DNA from: Lama glama
Taxonomy: Eukaryota
Assembly: GCA_028534125.1 (NCBI GenBank)
Contig: CM052816.1
Span: 7,876,001-7,936,000 of the forward strand
Reading direction: 5' to 3'
Length of the DNA: 60,000 bases
The position numbers and the translations under genes are program-made. Positions 49,320 through 57,600 of this stretch are shown piece after piece (positions within the stretch are counted from its first letter, which is position 1; every line of letters begins with the position of its first letter). The notes below the pieces were generated by a model, which did not search any database, had not been told where the DNA came from, and saw nothing but the letters and a program-made list of their open reading frames with translations.

Positions 49320-51736
49320 TTACTTGAAGCAGAAGGAAGGCTTCCACACCTGAGCCTCGATCCCGGCATTACGGGTGGAGAAGGAGGGCCTGGGGGCCTG
49401 CTTGGCTCGGGGAGACCAGGCCCTGGAGGGAGACACGGGGGAGATATCACTGCTGTAGGTAGGGCTCACGGTAGTGGGCTGGAGGCCATCCTGGCCAGGG
49501 GAGGTGTAGAGGCCCGGTGAGTTGCGGGAGGGCCGAGGCAAGGCAGGAGACGGCGGGAGGGCCGCCTTGGGCAGGCTGGGTGCCAGGTCCAGGGAGCTCG
49601 GCTTGGCAGGTGAGGCGGCTCTGGGCGAGGCAGCTCTAGGCGAGGCCTTGGCAGGTTCCTTGATGGGTGAGAGGACGAACAGCGAGGGCCGCAGCTGGTA
49701 GGGTGGCTGCTTGGTGGGCTCTGGGCGCAGGACCCCGTTCTCAGGCAGGTAGCCATGGTAGAAGGAGGCAGGCGGGGTCCGAGCTGGGCTTCGGGATGCC
49801 ACTCGGAAGCCGCCAGGCGCATTCGTGGAGTACTTCCAGGATGAAGGCAGGGACATAGTGGGCGAAGGGCAGCGGGCCAGTTCCGTGTGGCCCGAAGACT
49901 CGATGACGTACTTCTCCATCCGGGACTGGCGGCGGGCGTAGAGCTCAGCCCCCTTCCCGGAGGCCTCGGAGAGGTTCTGGTTGGGTTTGGGCTTCGGCTT
50001 GGCCTGGATGCGCGGCGACTTGAGGCACGAGGCCCACTCGGGGAGAGTCTCCTCGGCGCCCGCGGGGCTGGCCCTGTCCCGGGCTGTGGGCTCCTGCTGG
50101 AAGTTGGAGGCCTCGGCCCCCAGCGCGAAGGGCTCCTCCTCCACGCCCGCCTCCCCCTGGTCTCTCTGCCTCCTCTTCTCATCAGCCGTCTGGACCAGAT
50201 CCAGCAGGTCTGGATTCGGGGTCACCTTGGGCTTCTCCACGAAGGTGAACATGGATTTCCGGCTGCCCCTGCGGGCCATTGACTCCTCCAGAATGCCTGT
50301 CTTGCTGGCAGGAACCGCCTGGCCCCTTAGATGAGAAGGCTTAGGGTCGGAGCAGGGGTACAGGGCAGAGTAAGAGGGGGGAGACCTAACCCGGGAAGCC
50401 AGGGGGGCCGTGGACAAGGTCTCAGCATAGGTAGGGGGCGGGGTGAAGGCTCCCAAGGGGCGTCTCTCCAAGGCGGGGCTTCGCTGTGCCATGGGCCTCC
50501 TCTCCAGCATGGGGCTGTGGGACATTACGTGTCTCTGTGGCCGAGGGCTCCGGTCTGCCATGCTGGGGGGCTGGGTAGCTGGGGCCTTCTCCCCAAGATG
50601 TCGTCTCTCTATCATGGGGCTCCGCTCCATCTGGCTGGTGCTCCCTGAAGCCTGGATCCCAAAGGGCCTGGCTGTCCTGTTGACCACGGATGGGGGCTTG
50701 GCCAGCGTGAGGTGGACCTCGCTGTACAGCTTGGTGGGCATGGTTGTGGCTGCCTGCCCGGACATCTCTTGTTCTGCTGACACCACTGGGGCGCCGAGCT
50801 GGACATCGATGAGCAGGGAGCTGGACATGAAATCTGGGGCTGGGGGCCCGGAGCTGGAGATGGGAGTAACTTCTCTGGAGAAGGCGCTGGTGGTGGTAGA
50901 TGGAGCTGATACCTTATCAATTACGAGGGTGCTGGATCTCACCTCTGCAGCTGGCTCCTGGGGCTGCCCACCAGCACACAGGGTGCTGGGTTTGAAATCT
51001 GGCACTGTGCCATTAGGCGGGAGTTGTGCTTCTGAAGAATTCTGTTGGACACTAGAAAGTGGCAGGCTCTGCGGGGTGACAGTTGCCGGTAGGTTCTGAT
51101 TGACATCTGTGGCTGGCAGGTTGTGGTTGCTGTTAGAAGCTGGAGTGATGAGCGTGGTGCTGGATGAGGGGAGGTTTTGGTTGACATCTGCGGCTGGGCT
51201 GTGGACCTCCGGGGGTGGGGTTGGTGGGGTTGGTGGGGTTGGTGGGGTCTCCTGGGCTTCTCGGTTCTGGGACAGGTGGAGCCCATTGGCTGTCAGCAGG
51301 GCGGCGTTCTCCTTTAAATAAACCACCAGTGGTACCTCTTCCTCCTCACTGGCCATCTTCTCCAGGTGCCGCAGCAAGCTGGCCTCCTCTGAGCAGCCCT
51401 CCATGCTGTGACCAGGGACCCTTATATCAGAGCTCTGGCAGTTGGGGTTTCTCGGAGGGCCTGGCTTAGGGACTGAGGTGGCACTCAGGCTGAGCCCTGG
51501 GGCATGGCCTGTGGGGCTGGCAGGGGTCACTCGGAGGGACTCCTGGCTGGGCTTCTGTCCCCTCTGGCCGTGGCTCTCCAAGGTGAACTCATTCACCCTC
51601 TGCCGGCGCCTGTTGAAGAGCTGGACTCCGCGGGAGTTGGAGCTGGGAGGGGTGGTCAGCTGGGCTGCGATCTGCTGGCTCCTCGCCTTGGCCTCTTTTA
51701 GATCCTTCTCGGTGAGGCTGGTGCTCCGGCCCAATG
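49320..51736 (-). CDS. SYNPO: Synaptopodin large central exon
   Basis: Acceptor ctgcag| at 51737. Open frame (A)[26 protein letters not shown]...; first in-frame ATG at 51404 (MEGCSEEAS). Contains PPTY and PPSY motifs. It either reads through to [18 protein letters not shown] (694 aa from MEG) or splices at CAG|gtgtgg (exon end 49350) to 44226 (914 aa). Confidence 0.96.
51214..51248. repeat. SYNPO: Coding 9-bp tandem repeat (GGTGGGGTT, about 4 copies) encoding (TPP)4
   Basis: Read directly; protein [16 protein letters not shown]. Confidence 0.9.
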
Positions 51737-52019
51737 CTGCAGGAGGGACAGAGGCCCAGTTAGCAATGGAATTGCAGAGCCACAGGGTACACAGGCAGAC
51801 AGACAGACAGTCACCCGTGCTCCTCCTACAGACGGCCTTTTCCCGTGGAATTTGATCTTTACTCACTATTTCCTAGAATCCCCTCTCCTCATAAACATCC
51901 CTGACCCAATCATCATGGCCCAACTCAAATGCCACAGCCTGTGTAATACTTCCCCTGATTACCTTTTCAATATTAACCAATCCCTTCCTTGTTTGGATTC
52001 CTCCCGAAAGGTTATTGAC

Positions 52020-52515
52020 ATGGCCTTTTACCATACCCAGCAGGAACACCTCACCCTAGCAGTCAAGTCCCCACTACATCCCAGACTTATCTCCCACCAC
52101 CCTTCTCCTCTCTCACTGGACTCTGCCCAGCTGGCTTTCTGTTTCTTGAAAATGCCAAGTTGCTTCTGCCCCAGGGCCTTTGCACTGGAATGATCTTTTC
52201 CCAAGTGGCTTCCATGTTGGTTCCTTCTTACCACTCAGGACTCACTTGAATAACGCCTCTCCAGAGGGACCTTGCTCTATAATCAACTTTACCCTCACCT
52301 AACCCATCTCTTTGTTTTATTTTCTTCACAGCATTCGACACAATTCAGAATTATCTCCTTTACACATTTCCGTGTTTATTATGTCTCCCCGACCTAGAAC
52401 ATAAGCTCTAAGGGGGCAATGACTTTGCTTGACTTGTTCATTACTCTAACCCTGGCCCCTAGAATAGTGCCAGGCAAAATGTGGGCACTCAGGAAGCATT
52501 ACTGAATGTATGAGT
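52020..52515 (+). mobile_element. L2 3' fragment
   Basis: ccccagggcctttgcactggaatg...tagaacataagctct...cctagaatagtgccaggc...gcactcaggaagcattactgaatg. Confidence 0.7.
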
Positions 52516-52879
52516 GGACCCCCAGGACATTTTCTATGTGCATATCTTAGGGCCTTTTATACCTTCAAACTCATAGAGTAGTCATTTGTTAATACTAACA
52601 CTAACACTTCTTCTTTTTAGAATAGGTAATACATTCACATGGTCTAAATTTTTTTTAATTTTAAAATAGCAAAAGGTATACAGTGAAAAATGTCCCTCCA
52701 TCTCTGAATGCCCTGTACCACAAGTCACATAACAACCCTTATTAGTTTCTTCTAAGTCCCTGCAGAATTTCTTCCCATCTTCATTTAAACAATCTTTTCA
52801 AATTCTCATATTTTAGTATTATAAAATAATAATAAAAATTTAAAATATTATAAAAGTCCTAAGTGGGGCTAATTTCAGC

Positions 52880-55800
52880 AGTGACTTTACTAGAACATTG
52901 CATTACTTCATTTTATCCTCACAAGAACACTAGGACACAAGCATTACTCGCCCATTTTACAGAAGCGGAAAATGAGGTCCAGAGACTTGTAAGAAACTCA
53001 CCCAAGTTCACACAGCAAAAGGTGGCAAGGCTGGAGTCATAACAAGTTCTCACTGGGTCCACAGCCCATGCTCAAGCTGCCTGCTTGTCCCAAAGATCCC
53101 TTTGGGACATACAGGGATAGAGTCGGTGGGAGTTGGCATTCAGTCTGGGGCTGGAGTCTGAGGCCTGAGGTCAGGGGTTAGGTCCCTATTAATCTGTAAG
53201 TTCACTACATGCAACCATTTTTCATTACATCCCCAGTGCCCAGCTGGTACACAGTCAGTGCTCAATCTGTGCTTATTGAATAAGGAATAAAGAAATGAAT
53301 GTGGGAACAAATGGTCCGATGGACAGATGGATGGGACAGCCTGTGGCCAGGGATGGCAGCTCAGTCAGTGGCTTTGTCACCCCACCCTCACTGTGGGCAG
53401 CTAATTAGTTCTTGAGGAATCTGACCCTGCCTTCCCTCCTACCTTGCCCTCATTAGCACTGGCCATGACCTCCTGAGTGGGTCTCCAGGGACAGTTTTTC
53501 TAGGCTTCCTGCCAGTGAGGCTCAGAACTCATGGACTCTCGGAGCTGGAAGAGCCCTTACAGAGGAGGCCTTTCACTACCACCTCCATTTTACAGATGAA
53601 GGGCCTGAGGTCCAGAGAGTGGCGCAGGGTGGAGCTCACACTTGGGTCAGCAGAGAGCCCACACAGAAGCAGCTTTACTGGGAACAGGCCCAGCAGCCAC
53701 AGGCCTCTGTCCTCTACCTCCGACTTCCCTCCTCCCATCACAATGTGACCCCCCCCCAACACCTGCACCCACCTGTCCAGAACAGGGACAGCACACAGCC
53801 TGCCCCACGCACCCCTGACACCTGCTTTCTCCTGGTAGGACTCCCCTCCTACCTGGATCACCCCATCTATAAAAGACGAAGGCTCTGGGGGTTGGGCCAG
53901 GCTGCTACCTGGGAGGGAGTTTAGGTAGGGGGAAGCCAGCCACACAGGAGGGCCCTGAGAGGTGGCTCGGCTCATGCAGGGCCCATGTCCTCTGCTCTGC
54001 TTAGAAACCAGGCCTCCCGGCCCAAATCCAGGCTCTGCTGTTTGCTAGCTGCATGACCTTGGCAGGTTACCGCACCTCTCAGAGCCAGTTTCCTTAACTG
54101 AGAAGAAGGTGATAAAAGCACTGACGTTGGGGTTGGGAGGCTACGCTGAAGTCATGAATGCCAAAGAGATTACTGTCGTCTGGCCCAAGTGGACGGGCAG
54201 AGGGCGCATGCTACCTTGGGATAAGCTGACAGTTGGTGACCCCACTCAGCTCCTGGGAGGGGTTAGAGCTTCTTCTAGCAAAGGAGATTTACTCCACAGA
54301 TCTCGGTCCTGAAAGGGGATGAGACTCCCTTCAGGTCACACAGCAGGGGATTCCAGAGTTACTGGAAGCCGGGATTATTGCCCCAAGTCACAGAACCAGA
54401 ATCTCAGGGGTGGCTGTCATCGGGTCCAGTTCCCTACATGATTCCTGTTCCCCTACAGCCATGCCCCTGAGGTACTAGCCTCTGTTTACACACTCAACTG
54501 ACAGGGAGCTCGCTACCCGGAAGAAGTGTCTTCCACTAATGAACATTCCTCAGCTATAAAGTCACTCCTCACGTTCGTTTCACCTCTTGACACGGCTCAG
54601 CCCCCCCTGCTCCCCAGGTAAAGAGCTTTCTCTCTCCAGCCTGACAGCCCTGCAGAGACTCAGCCACAAGTCACAGCCCCATGGAGCGTGGTCAGGACAC
54701 ACATCCCGAGACCTGCCTCTGCTTCTTACGGCGCAGCTGCAGCCATCGTAGCTCACACCGATCAGGCTCTTACTGTCTACCCAGACGTGCACTTCACACA
54801 TACTATCTTGTTTAATTCCCACAACAATTCTATGAAGCACAAATTATTAGTCACTTTGTAGTGGTGAGAAAACCAAGGCTCAGAAACAGCGTGAGCTGTC
54901 CAAGGTCACAGGGCCGGAGAGCAGTGGGGCAGCTCCCCCTGGCTCTTCATGACTCCAGAGAGCACCAAGCTGTCTGGCTAGCAGGTTCCCACAGTGCCAG
55001 GCTCCTAGGAAGGGCTTCAGTGTTGGGGTATTCCAGAGCTCCCAAAGTCCTTGCTCTTTTCTGTTTTTCTCCTTACTTCTCTGCTTCAGTCCCCCAGGAT
55101 GTGGGGACAGAAAATGCTCAAATGTCAGAGCATGAAGGGCCCTCAGGGAGAAGCTGGTCTGGGAGGCTTTGGAGAGGGGAAGGGTCTCAGGGGAGACCGT
55201 GGGCCAGGACCTGGGGTTTAGGGACAAGAGGAAAGCAGCAGAATGGGCCAGGTCGGGAGAGAGCGCTGCCTCTGACGGAGCTCCCGCGCCCTCCATCCCA
55301 GCCCGCAGTGACTCCACAGAAAAGGAATTCGGCAGGAGGCTTGGACCAGACCCAGCCAGCAATCCAGGCAATTTTTGCCACCCTGCACAAACAAAGCTGA
55401 GAGAAGGGGGGCTGAGCCAACTATGGGCACCCCAGAGTTCCCCAGTGCAGGGCACCAAGGGAGGCAGCTCCATCCAAAATTCCCCAGCCTAGGGAACTGC
55501 CACCCCAGTGATGCCCTAGCCACCAGGCTCCAAGATTGTGGTCCCTAGCGTCAGAGACGCAAGAGATGGCCGAGGGCCACAGGGAAGAGGTCCTTGCTGA
55601 CCTGCCCCCCCCCAAGTCTGCCTGGTTGCAGTCTGTTCCCGGACAAGTCATAACCCTTCTCTAAGCTTCTACAGGGCCAAGTTGGGGTGCCGGCCCTTGG
55701 AAGACCCACTCTGGACAATGGATGAGGAACTCTGAAGACAGGCCTTCAGGAGAGAAAGGGGTGAGGGCAGATACAGGGAAGAGCTGGTCTGACAGGGCTG

Positions 55801-56090
55801 AATCCCTGAATTGGGAAGGGGGACAAGAGGCCCTGAGTTCAGCCTTTGGAATGAAGATGGCAAGGACTGCTGGAACTAGGAAGCCCTCACTGTGGCCCGG
55901 GACCCCGTATAAAGTGCTGTGCATGCGCTTTGTACCCATCTTCTTGTTCCGTCCTCCCAACAACCCCAAGAGAGAAGTATGATTGTTTTCCCAGTTAACA
56001 GCTGAAACCAGAGCTCAGAGAGACCTGCCCAGGGTCATACAACCTGTAAATAGCAGAGCTGGGATTCAAAACTCAAAGTCCAGTTGCTGA
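52880..56090. mobile_element. Scattered MIR fragments in SYNPO intron (about 52880-53070, 53570-53650, 54000-54160, 54760-54920, 55900-56090)
   Basis: Repeated MIR cores such as cccattttacagaagcggaaaatgaggtcc, ccattttacagatgaagggcctgagg and gcagagctgggattcaaactca. Confidence 0.55.
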
Positions 56091-57174
56091 ATCTCATTTC
56101 CTAACTCCCCTGCCCTCCAGACCCTGACTCTAGAAGGAGGTGCACCAGTAGATGCTCTGGGGCACCCGGATGGGGGTCTGCAGAGTCCTCTGTTTCCGCA
56201 GCTCGCGATCAGCACCCCCAGCAGTGCCCTCTCCTCTGCACGCTCAGCTGCCTAGAACAGCTCATGCTTTCTCTCCCTTCTGCCTCTCGGGAGAAGAGCT
56301 GATAAATGCATTCTTTCTAAGGCAGAAATGACCGCTAGGACTAAAACACCAGTGGAGTGGAAAGAGCACAGTATTGGGAGTCAGGAGACCCAAGTTCAAG
56401 TCGGGCTCTGATGGGGATAAGCCCTTTCTCCCACCCCTATCATTTCTGTAGGCAATCAGTTCTGCTGGCCACAGGCCTTTTGGACTGAGGATCCAAAGGA
56501 GGTGGTGCAGGGGAACGGAGGCCAGAGCAGAAGGTCAGGTCAGGGAGAGAATTCAAGGAAATGCTTCTTCACACGGCTGCCGTCAGTGGGAGTGCCCAGG
56601 CCCCGGGTAGGGTGGAGAGGGACGGGGAGCCAGAGGTAGGAATAGAGACTGGCTGGAGACGGCCCATTGTGGCTGCCTGGGAGTCTTGGCAACGGGACAG
56701 GTAAACAGGCTGGGTAAACTGCCCCCCTGGTGGGGTCAGGAAGGAACCAATGGCTGGCCGCTGCACAAGCTCAGCCTCAGCTGGGGCAGGAAGATGAACT
56801 GGGCCTGAGTAATGGCCTGGCTACCTTGCCAGCCCCTGCCCCACATCCTCCCTGCTGAAAGGAGGAAATGACACAGCCTCCATTCCCAAGGGAGTTCTCC
56901 ATCCATGCCAAAGTCCTGGTGAGTGCAACCTGATGGAGCCCCGGCAGACTGCTAGGCCTCGTCTCAGGAGGAGAATAATTCATACTAAGGTGGGAAGGAC
57001 TGCCAGACACGAAAGATGCATAGGAATGGAAGTGGGGAGCCCTGCCACTAACCAACTGGCAGAAATCATCACGTGCCTCTCCCTTGATGTCCAGAGGGGA
57101 ACTGAGACCAAAGAGGGATGCAGAATGCCCCAAGTCACACACCCTAAACCGCAAAGGCACCTTTGGGTGCTCAC

Positions 57175-57355
57175 CTTACTCACTCCGGCTGGGTCCTCCC
57201 TGCAGCCCAGCTTCCCCCGGATGCTGAGCCGGCCTCGGTTCCCAAAGCCTCCGGGGAAGGCAGCCAGTCGACTAGCTGACAAAGAGGAAAATCCCACATC
57301 GACGGCAGCGCGGAGGAGCTCGATGTGACTTCTCTCCTCCACAGATGACTCAGCT
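57175..57355 (-). other. SYNPO: Candidate SYNPO 5' (first) exon
   Basis: CpG-enriched unique segment ending in a strong donor AAG|GTGAGC (exon end 57175), with further GT donors 5 and 9 nt upstream. Lies immediately downstream of promoter motifs. Resembles my recollection of the mammalian SYNPO 5' UTR (not verified). Confidence 0.65.
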
Positions 57356-57600
57356 CAGCTCTTTATCAGGAAAAATGATTTTGCAACAGCCTTTTAAATG
57401 GCCTCTCCGCCACAAAGTCTCTCCCCCGCCAATCTACCCACCCCACGCTGCCAGATTCATCCCCCAGCCCCCACCCTGGCTCCACCGGTGTCATGCCTCT
57501 TTCCTGCCTCTCCAGGACGAGGAGGATCAAGCGGCAACTCCTCATCCTGGCATTCAGGGCCCCTGACGTCAGGGCCTGCCTGAAGGCTTGCTCACCTGCT
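57340..57600 (-). promoter_or_regulatory. SYNPO: Candidate SYNPO promoter
   Basis: AP-1 TGACTCA at 57346-57352, GATA site near 57363-57368, TATA-like CATTTAAAA near 57392-57400, GC box near 57424-57430, and perfect CRE TGACGTCA at 57564-57571 inside a 14-bp palindrome. Confidence 0.6.

Noticed and set aside
43468..51855. Many overlapping and antisense ORFs across the SYNPO exons (e.g. 43709-44263 +, 49466-50182 -, 50443-51099 +)
   Set aside because: Expected shadows of GC- and Pro-rich coding sequence, with low-complexity products and no recognisable domains.
51737..51866. N-terminal part of the 848-aa ORF-track call ([10 protein letters not shown]...)
   Set aside because: It is intronic sequence upstream of the acceptor at 51737 and starts at a non-ATG codon; it is not part of synaptopodin.
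53395..53480. TAATTA homeodomain-like site; similar isolated MEF2-, ETS- and AP-1-like sites at about 28620 and 56865
   Set aside because: Single short motifs cannot be distinguished from chance without conservation or ChIP data.
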